DNA of 57,295 bases, the filler included, from Sanchytrium tribonematis (lineage: Eukaryota): NCBI GenBank assembly GCA_018985235.1. It is 5 parts of 5 records of this genome, joined end to end, with 100 filler letters (N's around TTAATTAATTAA, not from the genome) between each part and the next. Parts side by side here need not be neighbours in the genome. Positions count along the whole stretch, not along the records: positions 1 to 11,439 come from JADGIG010000259.1; 4 more parts are not named here. One strand, given 5' to 3'. This document shows, in pieces, positions 1-9,989 of this stretch. Under the pieces are notes generated by a model. It ran no database searches. It was given only the letters and a program-made list of their open reading frames with translations, and was not told where the DNA came from. Made by a program: the position numbers and the translations under genes. Position 1 is the first letter of the stretch. Each line of letters begins with the position of its first letter.

Positions 1-672
1 CTGTCTATTGAATAATGCATTTCGTTCTCCCATTAATTCCAAATCCTGCAACAATTCAAAAATGGATGGAAATTGAATAGTCACTTCTTCGTAATCAATA
101 GTGGGCAAAACAAAGCCAGATTCAGTCAATACACTCCCTATATCCCTAATAGAGGTCATTGGAGATATATAATTGGGATGAAATCCATTTAATCGCTCTT
201 GTTCTGCTAATTGCAAAGAAGATCGTAATTCATATAAAGTGTCACCACCCAATAATGAACCAATAAAACACCCATCTGGGTACAAATGATGATTTATTCT
301 TTTGAATTGGCCTAATAAATCATTCTCCCAATGCAATTTCAAATTAGAAATGATGCATTTTGAAAATGGCAAATCTGTCTCATATTTTGTGCTTATTTTG
401 GATGATAATTGTTTGTTTTTATACATTCCAGTGGGATCTACATTGATGACATGCTTTATTTCATTCATATCTGGATTAATATTATGACTAAAATGTGAAA
501 ATGTACAGTGATCATCAGTGATTTCTGGAAATGGTGTTTTAATGTCATTTAATCTGTCTAATATTTGTTGTGCAGAGTGATGGAATAGATATTGTGCTTT
601 GTGGGTATCTGGATGATTCATCGCAAATTGTTTTTGGATTTGTTTGAGCGCAGCATCAAAAAGGAGTGTCAT
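1..672 (-). CDS. NDUFAF5: Complex I assembly factor / arginine hydroxylase NDUFAF5-like methyltransferase-fold protein, 3'-partial (runs off contig start)
   Basis: Manual translation from ATG at 672 is open to position 1: ...ISNLKLHWENDL...PDGCFIGSLLGGDTLYELRSSLQLAEQER...ISP...ELLQDLELMGERNA matches NDUFAF5 motifs; absent from the ORF track because it has no stop. Confidence 0.9.
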   Translation of the reverse strand, partial: MTLLFDAALKQIQKQFAMNHPDTHKAQYLFHHSAQQILDRLNDIKTPFPEITDDHCTFSHFSHNINPDMNEIKHVINVDPTGMYKNKQLSSKISTKYETDLPFSKCIISNLKLHWENDLLGQFKRINHHLYPDGCFIGSLLGGDTLYELRSSLQLAEQERLNGFHPNYISPMTSIRDIGSVLTESGFVLPTIDYEEVTIQFPSIFELLQDLELMGERNALFNRQ

Positions 673-704
673 GAAAAATATTTATTTCTGAGATTTATAA
701 TTTA

Positions 705-1373
705 TTATTCCATTTCCATCCCATCGACTTGCTCAAATAGGCCTTGTTTAACATCCATTTTCGGATATTCAATTTGGTATTGATCTAATAAATGTTGTCC
801 AAATGCACACATTTTCAACAACATTGGCAATTTACTATCTTTTTCTTGACTCATATTTGATAAAATACTCTGATTAATACAGGATAATACTTTTTCAATT
901 TGTGCCACATCCAATTTCTCAGCTTGACGCAACAACGGATCTTTAAAAACCATGCAACTCATGACATGCTCTAATTCTTCACGATATGGCTTTTCTAATT
1001 CAGCCAATGGTGCTAATTCTTGTGCCATGGCCAATGCGGTATTCATATCTTCATTTCTAATATTCTCAATTAATATTTGCAATTGCAATAAAAACACCAA
1101 TTCTTTATTATTCTCTAATATATCAGAATCTAAATCATTTATAAGTGATTTGGCTTCTTCCACATTACCCGTTTGGATGGCATCTCGAATCGTGGTTCTA
1201 CATTCCATAGTTTCTTCATCAATAAAGAGTGGTTGCATGGATTCTTGAGAGAATTGCGTGGCTGCTTCTTTATATCCTTCAACGACGAAATAGTTTAATA
1301 TTAATTTGTTTAAATCGTGTTCTTGGATATTCACAGCATTATAATTGGCAAACCATGGATTTGTAATGGACAT
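705..1373 (-). CDS. GID8: GID/CTLH complex subunit Gid8/TWA1 (LisH-CTLH-CRA)
   Basis: LNKLILNYFVVEGYKEAATQF LisH motif, CTLH segment IRDAIQTGNVEEA, C-terminal SKLPMLLK. Confidence 0.88.
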   Translation of the reverse strand: MSITNPWFANYNAVNIQEHDLNKLILNYFVVEGYKEAATQFSQESMQPLFIDEETMECRTTIRDAIQTGNVEEAKSLINDLDSDILENNKELVFLLQLQILIENIRNEDMNTALAMAQELAPLAELEKPYREELEHVMSCMVFKDPLLRQAEKLDVAQIEKVLSCINQSILSNMSQEKDSKLPMLLKMCAFGQHLLDQYQIEYPKMDVKQGLFEQVDGMEME

Positions 1374-1409
1374 GAAGATGGAGTGTTTTAAAAAATATTT
1401 GAATATTTA

Positions 1410-2774
1410 TTAATGTTTCCATATTTTAACAAGTTTGTCTTTGCCACCACTCACGGCATAGTCCCCTAATGGACTCCAATCTACTCCAAATACTTGATCT
1501 AAATGTCCTGGTAAATCCATTACTAATTTGCGACTCATGATGGACCATATTTTACAAGTAGAATCTTGACTACAACTCATTAATAATCGTGAATCTGCAC
1601 TAAATATTAATTGGTACACTTTACCAACATGTCCTTTTAATTGAAATAAAAATTCACCTGTTGCATCCCATATCTTGATAGATTTATCAAATGAGCAACT
1701 CGCCATCCATTTGCCATCTGGCGAGAATTGGGCACCTGTGATTGGTTGGAAATGACCTGTCATGTGCTTGATTGGTTTACTGCTGTTGGATTGCCATAAC
1801 ATTAAAGTTTTATCATCTGAAGCACTTAAAATCAACTCAGATTTGATGTGAGATACTTTTAATTTACACGATTCTTGCATGGCTTCAGGTGTTTCAAATA
1901 TTTGCATTTCATGTGAAAATGGTCCTGTTTTTAAAATGAAATCTGTGCTCAATGAGAGTGAATTCACCCAATGCGCATGTCCTTTAAAGACTCTAATGGG
2001 TTTACCAGAATCACTGAATAATCTGATGGATTTATCACGACTTGCGGTGTAAATGCCATTTAATCCCCATTTTACAACAGTCACAGATTGCGTATGGCCA
2101 TTTAAATTGAATAAACATTGTCCTTTCACAATATCCCATATTCTAACAGAATGATCTTTGCTAGCAGATGCCAATTTATTGCAATTCTTATTTTTATGCA
2201 TTGGCTCAAATGAAAGACTGGTAATCATGTCTCTATGGCCCTTTAATTTCCTAATTAATTGACCTGATTGTGCATTATACACACAAATATAATGATCAGC
2301 ACCCCCAGATGCAATAAATTGCGCATTTGGAGACCATTGCAAACTCATGACCCAATTCGAATGCCCCTTTAATATGTGATTAATCGTCTTTGTATGGACA
2401 TCCCATAATCTCACAGTCATATCTCCACTCGCAGATGCAACTATTTGACCATTTGGAGAGAATTGGACTGCTAAAATAGCTTCTTCATGACCTGGCAAAC
2501 TAGCTGCTTGACCGTGTAAAATAGGGACTTTAAAAGTAGATTGTTCTACGCATTCAATGGATAATACTTGCTCATTGTAATCTTTGATGGTGTGATGGAT
2601 ACTTTGTTGGATTAATTGATTTTGGATAAAGAAATTATACTGAAAATCAGTTGGATTTAATGTATTGAGTATTTCTTGTAATTTATCAGTACTAGTGAGT
2701 GCATCAAGTGTCATTGGGGGTCCTATGACATTGTTGTCGACTGTGAATTGAATGACGCAGTCTCTATTTGCCAT
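1410..2774 (-). CDS. RSA4: Ribosome assembly WD40 protein Rsa4/Notchless (NLE domain + WD40 repeats)
   Basis: N-terminal ubiquitin-like NLE region, GHAHWVNSLSLSTDF, C-terminal LPGHLDQVFGVDWSP...SGGKDKLVKIWKH. Confidence 0.92.
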   Translation of the reverse strand: MANRDCVIQFTVDNNVIGPPMTLDALTSTDKLQEILNTLNPTDFQYNFFIQNQLIQQSIHHTIKDYNEQVLSIECVEQSTFKVPILHGQAASLPGHEEAILAVQFSPNGQIVASASGDMTVRLWDVHTKTINHILKGHSNWVMSLQWSPNAQFIASGGADHYICVYNAQSGQLIRKLKGHRDMITSLSFEPMHKNKNCNKLASASKDHSVRIWDIVKGQCLFNLNGHTQSVTVVKWGLNGIYTASRDKSIRLFSDSGKPIRVFKGHAHWVNSLSLSTDFILKTGPFSHEMQIFETPEAMQESCKLKVSHIKSELILSASDDKTLMLWQSNSSKPIKHMTGHFQPITGAQFSPDGKWMASCSFDKSIKIWDATGEFLFQLKGHVGKVYQLIFSADSRLLMSCSQDSTCKIWSIMSRKLVMDLPGHLDQVFGVDWSPLGDYAVSGGKDKLVKIWKH

Positions 2775-2823
2775 GACACTCCTAGTTTGAACCTTGAAAT
2801 TGCAAATTTATTACTTAAAAGAA

Positions 2824-4263
2824 ATGAGTACTGAATATGCCTTACAGGATGCTGTGATTAGAAATGACATTAAAATGGTTAAACAATTATTAAAATCAAC
2901 AAATCAACCCTATATCATCCATTTAAAGGATAATGACGGTAAAACAGCATGGCAATACTTGGGATGTCATTTAACCAACTCTAATACCATTAAAATATCC
3001 AATAGTCTTATTAAACATGGTGCAGATCCATTTATCTCCTATGATAAATCCATATTTCAAATTCATTGCGAATCCAATTCCATTTTATTCCATCATTTCC
3101 TCAAAAATTACAAGTTATTTCACTTGAATGCGCATCAACAAGGACTATTAGTGTATATTCTCACTCATTTTAAGAATACCCAGCATATTAAATATGCGAT
3201 TCAGTCCAGTTTGCCATTAAATACATTTCCAGCTATTTATAATTCAAATTTGGATATTCAAATACCATTATATCATTATTATTTACTAGTTAAATACGGA
3301 TTTGATATTAATTATCAAGATCCTCACAAATACACTATTTTACATTTAGCATGTCATCAAATAAATTATAAAATCATTTGTAAACTCGTTAAATATCATC
3401 CAAATTATACTTTATGTAATAACGTAGGTGAACATGCCTTGTTTTCATTATTTAAATCTAAGAAATCACCCAATTTAATCAAAATACTTAAATTATTAAT
3501 CAATCAATTCGATTTAAATCATTTAAACTATAAATATAATGCAATGATACATGTATTAGATTATAAGCAGGATATGGTAGATGTTTTATCCATTTTAATC
3601 AAACATAATGCCAATTTAAATTTACTCAATTCTGATGGCCACCATGTCATTCAGATTATTCTAGATACGGTAGATGGTAGTGACATGCAACACCATCTTG
3701 TTTATCAACATTTAAAAGTATTATATCAACATCCCATTCAATGCAGAATCTTTGGAAATGCAAGAATATTTGGAAATTCCCCCTTGTTTTACTACGCGTG
3801 TTCAAAATCAATTCATTTTAAAATCATCCAATTCTTTCTCAATTACTATCAAATTAATGAATTAGACTCAGATATGCGCAATATTCTCCATTATGCATCT
3901 ATATTTGGTGAATATTCTAAAATCCATATATTATCCAAATTCAACATCAATACGCTATATTATCAACAAGATCGAGATGGGAATACCCCACTCATGTCAT
4001 TTATCATGCATATGCATCATAGATCTGATCATATGGCTGTATTTCAATCATTATTGCAATTTGAACCCAATTTTGAAATTTATATTTTATTGAAATTGCG
4101 ATTTAATGATTGTGCCATGTTGATATTTGAGTATTTGACTAGTATTTATTTGTTAAATCATATAAATGAGAGTATATGGGATATTCAAAGTGGGATATAT
4201 GTAGAAATGATTGAACATGCGATTTATAGATTTATGAAATATCCATTTTTAAAACGTAATTAA
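2824..4263 (+). CDS. Ankyrin-repeat protein
   Basis: Repeated ankyrin motifs (DNDGKTAW, DINYQDPHKYTILHLAC, RNILHYA, DRDGNTPL); first ATG at 2824. Confidence 0.8.
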   Translation: MSTEYALQDAVIRNDIKMVKQLLKSTNQPYIIHLKDNDGKTAWQYLGCHLTNSNTIKISNSLIKHGADPFISYDKSIFQIHCESNSILFHHFLKNYKLFHLNAHQQGLLVYILTHFKNTQHIKYAIQSSLPLNTFPAIYNSNLDIQIPLYHYYLLVKYGFDINYQDPHKYTILHLACHQINYKIICKLVKYHPNYTLCNNVGEHALFSLFKSKKSPNLIKILKLLINQFDLNHLNYKYNAMIHVLDYKQDMVDVLSILIKHNANLNLLNSDGHHVIQIILDTVDGSDMQHHLVYQHLKVLYQHPIQCRIFGNARIFGNSPLFYYACSKSIHFKIIQFFLNYYQINELDSDMRNILHYASIFGEYSKIHILSKFNINTLYYQQDRDGNTPLMSFIMHMHHRSDHMAVFQSLLQFEPNFEIYILLKLRFNDCAMLIFEYLTSIYLLNHINESIWDIQSGIYVEMIEHAIYRFMKYPFLKRN

Positions 4264-4313
4264 ATAGCCATTTACAATGTTGGAACGTGGGTTGGATTGT
4301 CTAAAATGGCAAC

Positions 4314-4392
4314 TGATCTGTGCGTTGATTTGGTTATCCCCCAAGGAGTCAAAGGGGTGTTTAAAAGAGATTGCCAGTCATTTTAGCAGGAG
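4314..4392 (+). promoter_or_regulatory. Shared upstream motif of prepro-protein family (TGATCTGTGC...GGAGTCAAAGGGGTGTTTAAAAGAGAT)
   Basis: Near-identical motif upstream of the minus-strand paralog (9146-9213); variants upstream of 5430 and 6605. Confidence 0.7.
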
Positions 4393-5022
4393 ATGTTGTT
4401 TACAGCTGTCATTATCACCGCGGGTTTGACTTTTAATACAGCATTACATGACTTGAATTTAGCTGCAATATCTATATATAGACAGGCATTAGAAGCAGGT
4501 TTACTTGTCAACGAAGAAACATTTTTGCAATGTTTGCTGTCTGGAAAAGCTAAATGCGTTGGAAATGTAAAAGTTTTGCGTGCTTCCATTGAAGGCAATT
4601 CTTATCTTCAAAAACTCATGGACAATCTCCAAATGACATTGAAGAAGGAAGATATTGATGAAATGAAGCGAGCCGTGTCTGTGTTACCCTGCCCTTATCA
4701 GCAGCAGTCCATTGAAGTAAGTAAGCGTAGCTTGAAATCAAAATTGCAGACATTTAAAGATCAAACAAAATTTGATACGGTTCAATTGTGTTTATTGGGT
4801 GTTTTCACTGCTACGACAATATCTTCGTCTTCTACGTTGGCTATTGTTGGAATAATCTCATTATTTGATTCTGATAAATATGGTATTTCTAGAGAGGTCG
4901 CCATTGCAATTACAGTGGTTGGATCCGCTCTATTGGCAACACTTGGAATTAGTGCTAAAATTCTGAATGATAAACTAAGTCCTCCCGAAACTCGCAGTTT
5001 CGATGATAATTCACCATCTTAA
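4393..5022 (+). CDS. Secreted/membrane prepro-protein family member 1 (signal, C-x7-C, KR site, two hydrophobic helices)
   Basis: MLFTAVIITA signal; CLLSGKAKC; SKRS; two C-terminal hydrophobic segments; clear homology to 8582-9145. Confidence 0.75.
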   Translation: MLFTAVIITAGLTFNTALHDLNLAAISIYRQALEAGLLVNEETFLQCLLSGKAKCVGNVKVLRASIEGNSYLQKLMDNLQMTLKKEDIDEMKRAVSVLPCPYQQQSIEVSKRSLKSKLQTFKDQTKFDTVQLCLLGVFTATTISSSSTLAIVGIISLFDSDKYGISREVAIAITVVGSALLATLGISAKILNDKLSPPETRSFDDNSPS

Positions 5023-5429
5023 TAAACCAATTAATATTCACTTTATTTCAAATCCACAAGATGCTTCTAGATTTCATTTCCATCCAATCAATTCTCTCTC
5101 ATTTCATTCTGTTTCAAATCGAGTGATTTTTAATTGGTTCAATAGTCTATATAAACTCACGATCATTTTAAATTATAAATGAAATCAAATTCACTGATTG
5201 AATGCAATTGCAAGTCATGTCAATGCTGTGGGTGCTGCCAAAATGGAGTAAAATGTGATTTGTGTCATTGTTAAGGATTTGAAATAAATGAAATGATTAC
5301 AAATTAATCTTGATTGTTCTACAGTCTAAATCACTATAAATCTGCTATATTTGTTTTTAATTGATAGAAATTGAATTGTAGGGGTCAAAAGGAGTGTTTA
5401 AAAAGAATCGTTGTCCATTTGACAGGGAG

Positions 5430-6068
5430 ATGTTGCTTTTTCATTTTATTATGGCTCAGAGTGTAGCAGCAGGTGAGACTCGGCAAGTAACAACTTATTC
5501 AACAAAAGACAACATTAAATCATTTTATAATGAATTATCATTATTAGCTAAAATATCTCATGTGGATCTAAATCGATTGAAAAAATGTCTTCCTGATAAG
5601 GGAATTGGCTGTATTAATCATTTGGATAAATGGATTCAATTAATAGTTGATCATAAGACAGAATCAAATCAACTTTTAACAGAAATGGTCGTAATAGTAA
5701 AATCAAATCAAATAACTGATTCTGAATATGGTAAAAGTGTGGAAGATGCATTAAATAGAAATATTTTTGAATGTGAGATTCCTCAGAATAGATTAAAAAA
5801 GAGAGATGGGTGTTTTAATACAGACTTGATGGCCAAACTAATACAATTGGGTTTTGTATTTATTGGATCAGCTGCTTTCTTGGGCTTGCTTATTAGGGGT
5901 CTACTGGATATTTTTGGAGTTCATGCTACCAGCCTCTCACAAGCTGTTGGAGGCGGAAAAGTAGTAGCCGGAATTGTCATCATAATTTGTGTTTTAGCAT
6001 ATGCAACAAATATTAGGAGAACTTCAAGGCAAACAGATGAAAGTGATGGTACACAATCTCCTGCATGA
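5430..6068 (+). CDS. Prepro-protein family member 2
   Basis: ATG at 5430 after the shared promoter; CLPDKGIGC; LKKRD; two hydrophobic helices. Confidence 0.72.
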   Translation: MLLFHFIMAQSVAAGETRQVTTYSTKDNIKSFYNELSLLAKISHVDLNRLKKCLPDKGIGCINHLDKWIQLIVDHKTESNQLLTEMVVIVKSNQITDSEYGKSVEDALNRNIFECEIPQNRLKKRDGCFNTDLMAKLIQLGFVFIGSAAFLGLLIRGLLDIFGVHATSLSQAVGGGKVVAGIVIIICVLAYATNIRRTSRQTDESDGTQSPA

Positions 6069-6158
6069 TTTGCATTAGTAAATAGTTGAAAATAGATTGA
6101 GGGTGTATGATATCTACAAATAACAAATTGATCACCATATCGCAATCTGTATCTCCTG

Positions 6159-6251
6159 TAAAATAAAGGTCATTCTCAATGATTTCTATCCAATTTCGAT
6201 GATTTATTTTGATTTCATGCGTCATTTCAATGTATAAATGACTCATACCCA
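6159..6251 (+). repeat. 93-bp direct repeat copy 1 (copy 2 at 7235-7327)
   Basis: TAAAATAAAGGTCATTCTCAATG...GACTCATACCCA, 2 mismatches versus copy 2. Confidence 0.9.
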
Positions 6252-6492
6252 AGAGAGATGAGTGTATTAGTAATGCGGAAGTTTTAAACTTGTTTGTCAT
6301 GCTATCTCTATCAAGATTCTCAATTTTTGGATTGGCTAAAGGATTGATATTGATATTTGGTGTAGATGCAAAAGTGAGTCACAACGTAAAGGGGAATTTA
6401 TGGCTATCTTGTCTGTAATTGCAATGTTTGCTATTGTTTATCGTGCTGCAAATTTAAGAAGAGTTGGAGAAGCTACTGTTACACGTTCTTAA
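6251..6492 (+). pseudogene. 5'-truncated, frameshifted paralog of 5430-6068 (mature-domain remnant)
   Basis: Translates KRDECISN...KGLILIFGVDA / ...AANLRR versus KRDGCFNT...RGLLDIFGVHA...ATNIRR; one frameshift near 6390. Confidence 0.7.
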
Positions 6493-6604
6493 TGGCTGTC
6501 CTGTCTGTCTCATCAAATCGCAACAAATCGCAATAATGATCTGTGCACAGTTTAACAGAGGGGTCAACGGGGTCTATAAAAGATTCAAGTCACTTTAGCA
6601 GTGT

Positions 6605-7237
6605 ATGTTGTTGACATTCATCATTTTAGCAGGCACTTCTGGGTATATTATGCAATTAGTAGACAAATTAGCATTAGAAATCAAACCAGATACATTCCAA
6701 ATGAGCCCTAATGATTTATACAATTGTTTATCAAGAAATAGTGTGTCCTGTATTACGAATGAGCAATTGGAACAAGTACTAGGCGTATTAGAGACCCATC
6801 CGCAAAAAACTGTACAATTATTAGAGGCATTGAAACAAAAAGGTATGTCATTGCCAGTATCTCAAGAGACATTGGCTATTCAAAGTGGAATAGATATACA
6901 ACTAATGGCGTGTTCTGTGCATCGGTTGAAAAAAAGAAACAATATTTGCACTCATTATCAAGCATTGTCTCAGAAATATCCAAAAACATTTACTGCCATC
7001 AAGTATTTTTCAATTTTTGGAGAAATTGGTGTAGGTACATGGTCATTTATTGAAGCAGCTTCAAGTGATTCTATTGGTGAAAAGGCTGGATTTGGTATTT
7101 TAAGTGCAATTGGATTATTGGCGTGTGCGATATCTCTTGCATATGATGATAATTTGAATTCATTCAGGGCTTCTAGAGAGAATGTAAAAGAACAAGATGG
7201 AGTGAATGTTGTTACAATGCAAGCATCTCAAGTTTAA
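6605..7237 (+). CDS. Prepro-protein family member 3
   Basis: MLLTFIILA signal; CLSRNSVSC; LKKRN; two hydrophobic helices; shared promoter 6537-6604. Confidence 0.72.
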   Translation: MLLTFIILAGTSGYIMQLVDKLALEIKPDTFQMSPNDLYNCLSRNSVSCITNEQLEQVLGVLETHPQKTVQLLEALKQKGMSLPVSQETLAIQSGIDIQLMACSVHRLKKRNNICTHYQALSQKYPKTFTAIKYFSIFGEIGVGTWSFIEAASSDSIGEKAGFGILSAIGLLACAISLAYDDNLNSFRASRENVKEQDGVNVVTMQASQV

Positions 7238-7327
7238 AATAAATGTCATTCTCAATGATTTCTATCCAATTTCGATGATTTATTTTGATTCCATGCGTCA
7301 TTTCAATGTATAAATGACTCATACCCA
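7235..7327 (+). repeat. 93-bp direct repeat copy 2, 3' flank of 6605-7237
   Basis: Direct match to 6159-6251. Confidence 0.9.
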
Positions 7328-7653
7328 TATGAAACATGAAATGTCATTGAAATGTCACCCAACATGTGACGTGATGGATGCTTTCCGATCTAATTGATTA
7401 AATGTTTTAAAAGTAAAAATTATATAAATTTGAATTCAAGTTGAAATGACATGATATTTTATTAATCAATGACAATCGACACCTCGTCACATCATCATGA
7501 CATCATATCGTCCCCCCATTTGCCAATCAAATCGCAATCCCCCAATCAAATCACTCAATCCAATCAATTGAACACGTCATCCCGATCTTCCATCTGTTAT
7601 AACAGCGTGCTTCCCATACTCGTAAACAGTTGATTCATTTCGTTGATTCAAAA

Positions 7654-8559
7654 ATGAGTTGTTCTTCTATTTCTACTTCACTTCCAAATTCACTTTCAAA
7701 TGATTTCATTAAAATCACCATTACGCCTCCAAAACAGGTCCAATTCTCAAAGCATATCCGTCATTTAAGATTATTCTGTCACCATCAACCCACTAAATCC
7801 AATTTACATTACCAATATGCATTATATCCATTAAATTATCTCCCCCAATCTCCAAAATTAATCAATCGATTATTAAATCATCATAAATCACATTCTATTG
7901 ATTATTATGTCAATCAATCTATCCAACAACACGCTTTAAATCTTAATTTACCTAGAAATGCACTTAAAATCAATCCAAATGTGTCATTGGTCAAATTAGA
8001 GAATTGTTTAATGCGTGATACGGGCATTCTCGAGTTTAATGTACATGTCTCCAATTTACAATTTCATAAATCTGTTATTATTCGATATTCAACTACAAAT
8101 TGGATGAATTATAAAGAAATTACATGTGTTTATAAAAAATCAAGTATTTTAAATAATGAGTATTATTACGGGGTAGATGAGTTTAGTGCCATGTTGGATA
8201 GTCATAAATTGACTCATTCAAATGAATCTAATGAAAATGAGTTGTTAGAATCCAATTTATTGCATGTTTCAAATGCGCTGCCCATTCATCACGTGGAGAT
8301 GCAATTTTGTATTAAATACCAATTAAATGATACGGTGATATGGGATAATAACAATAATAAGAATTATACGTGTTCTGTGCATTTAAAACCAGTAGAATTA
8401 ATGGATTTGATTGAAACTGACTCTGAAATGAGTTCTACAACGAGTTATAGTAAAAATAGTAGAAACAGCAAGAGATCTCATTATTCACAAGTGTCACAAG
8501 TGTCTAGTCACTCGTTTAGTGCAGGGAAATTAAAGAGACAGATTAAAGCAATAAATTGA
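7654..8559 (+). CDS. PP1 glycogen-targeting subunit, CBM21 domain (Gac1/PPP1R3-like)
   Basis: RVxF-like KQVQF; VKLEN; VHVSNLQFHKSVIIRYSTTNW; QFCIKY...WDNNNNKNY. Confidence 0.85.
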   Translation: MSCSSISTSLPNSLSNDFIKITITPPKQVQFSKHIRHLRLFCHHQPTKSNLHYQYALYPLNYLPQSPKLINRLLNHHKSHSIDYYVNQSIQQHALNLNLPRNALKINPNVSLVKLENCLMRDTGILEFNVHVSNLQFHKSVIIRYSTTNWMNYKEITCVYKKSSILNNEYYYGVDEFSAMLDSHKLTHSNESNENELLESNLLHVSNALPIHHVEMQFCIKYQLNDTVIWDNNNNKNYTCSVHLKPVELMDLIETDSEMSSTTSYSKNSRNSKRSHYSQVSQVSSHSFSAGKLKRQIKAIN

Positions 8560-8581
8560 TTTTAAACTTCATATTTATTTA

Positions 8582-9145
8582 TCAGGTGCTATGTGCTGTA
8601 TGCACACCTATACCTCCACCTCCACCCCCAATAAGAAAAGCACCGACAACAGCCATTGCAAATCCTGAGTGAAATGATAGTCCATACAAGCCAGGAGAAA
8701 GAGAGACGAGAACCCCAATCACAAACAACGCCCATACACCAACTGCAATGCCAGTGACAATCAGGCATCCCAAGCAACCTCCTAAACATTCCCCTAAACT
8801 TCTTTTTTTCATCTTACGAATCATTTCCTTACCAGTTGGCGCGTCTCCATGAGAAAATGCTCGTTGTGCGGAACAAACATAATGTTGTTCTTCAAATGAC
8901 AATTTACCCTGGTCAATCTGTAAGTGTGTCGCAATTGCTCTAATCTCTGATTCCTGAACACTCAGAACGTCCCTCATTGCTTCCACATTCCCAAAGCAGT
9001 CTAATCCTCGTTGAGGTAAGCAATCTAATAAATCTTCATCTACCTGCAATCCTTTTGCAATGGCTTCCTTGTAGATTCTCTGAGCCAAGTCAGCGGCATT
9101 TTTGATTGCAGTTGCACTTGCAATGACAACAGTAGTAAATAACAT
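8582..9145 (-). CDS. Prepro-protein family member 4 (Gly-rich hydrophobic mature region)
   Basis: MLFTTVVIA signal; CLPQRGLDCFGNV; MKKRS; two hydrophobic helices; shared promoter. Confidence 0.75.
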   Translation of the reverse strand: MLFTTVVIASATAIKNAADLAQRIYKEAIAKGLQVDEDLLDCLPQRGLDCFGNVEAMRDVLSVQESEIRAIATHLQIDQGKLSFEEQHYVCSAQRAFSHGDAPTGKEMIRKMKKRSLGECLGGCLGCLIVTGIAVGVWALFVIGVLVSLSPGLYGLSFHSGFAMAVVGAFLIGGGGGGIGVHTAHST

Positions 9146-9310
9146 TTTTGATCAAAAGGCACACTGATCTCTTTTAAACACCCCTTTAACTCCTTGGGGT
9201 ATCGCACAGATCAATTGACAATCAATCGTTATCTATCAATTTGCAGAATCATTATCTATTTATGTGCCCTGTGTTTGTCAATTTATTCATAAATTTGCCA
9301 AATTAATTTA

Positions 9311-9742
9311 TTAAACTAATAACCCACTTAAAATGGCAAACATCACAATCATTTGTGGGATTGACGCACTACTAGTTGAATTAGTGCCATTCTCACCCGT
9401 AGAACTAGCTTGTTTCTCACCAATTGTGAATACGGTGGAATATTGAGGAGATCCATCTGCTGGTAATGCTTGAATACTCACTTTACCACTTTTGACATCA
9501 GATGGGACAGTGTAATTTAATTTCTTAAGATCAGAATCGACATCATTGGCAATAGTTTGTAATAATGGGGCATCATTATTGCCTTGGGAATTATCCATTA
9601 AATTGAATGTTAATTTGCCATTTCCTTCTAATACGTCCCATACAATATAGACTTGTTGGCCAGGGGACCATGTGGATGTACTAGTGGGATTAACAATTCT
9701 GATTTTGAGGGATGCGAGTGTCAAGAAGAAGAGAAATTGCAT
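9311..9742 (-). CDS. Ser/Thr-rich GPI-anchored cell-surface protein (Kre9/Knh1-like N-terminal domain)
   Basis: Signal, IVNPTSTSTWSPGQQVYIVW, YTVP, QYSTVFTI, S/T linker, hydrophobic C-terminal GPI-like signal. Confidence 0.75.
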   Translation of the reverse strand: MQFLFFLTLASLKIRIVNPTSTSTWSPGQQVYIVWDVLEGNGKLTFNLMDNSQGNNDAPLLQTIANDVDSDLKKLNYTVPSDVKSGKVSIQALPADGSPQYSTVFTIGEKQASSTGENGTNSTSSASIPQMIVMFAILSGLLV

Positions 9743-9989
9743 ATTTTGTTTAGAGGAGGAAATCGTGATCTGTTTGAGACAGTCTAAATCATAAATGGGC
9801 GAATGAATGCAATGCGGGATGTCAAATGATATATTGGATGTGATGAGTCATTAATTTTAATATTTGGGAGATTATTTTGAGAAAGAGGATGGCGCATAAA
9901 ATGATGTGATTTGGCATTTTTATGGGCTTGTAATTAGCCAGGTCACATATAGTCAATTGATTTATAATCAACGTGATTCTTTCAACACC

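Noticed and set aside
488..506. 19-nt GT...AG (GTACATTTTCACATTTTAG, minus strand) in NDUFAF5
   Set aside because: The frame is already open; removal creates a premature stop; it lacks the A at -6
4387..4395. AGGAG before ATG as a Shine-Dalgarno site (also 36137, 42523)
   Set aside because: Zero spacing to the ATG and a clearly eukaryotic context
7522..7570. CAATC/CCAATCAAATC short repeats upstream of the CBM21 gene
   Set aside because: Plausible CCAAT-type promoter elements, but a single low-complexity instance with no supporting evidence
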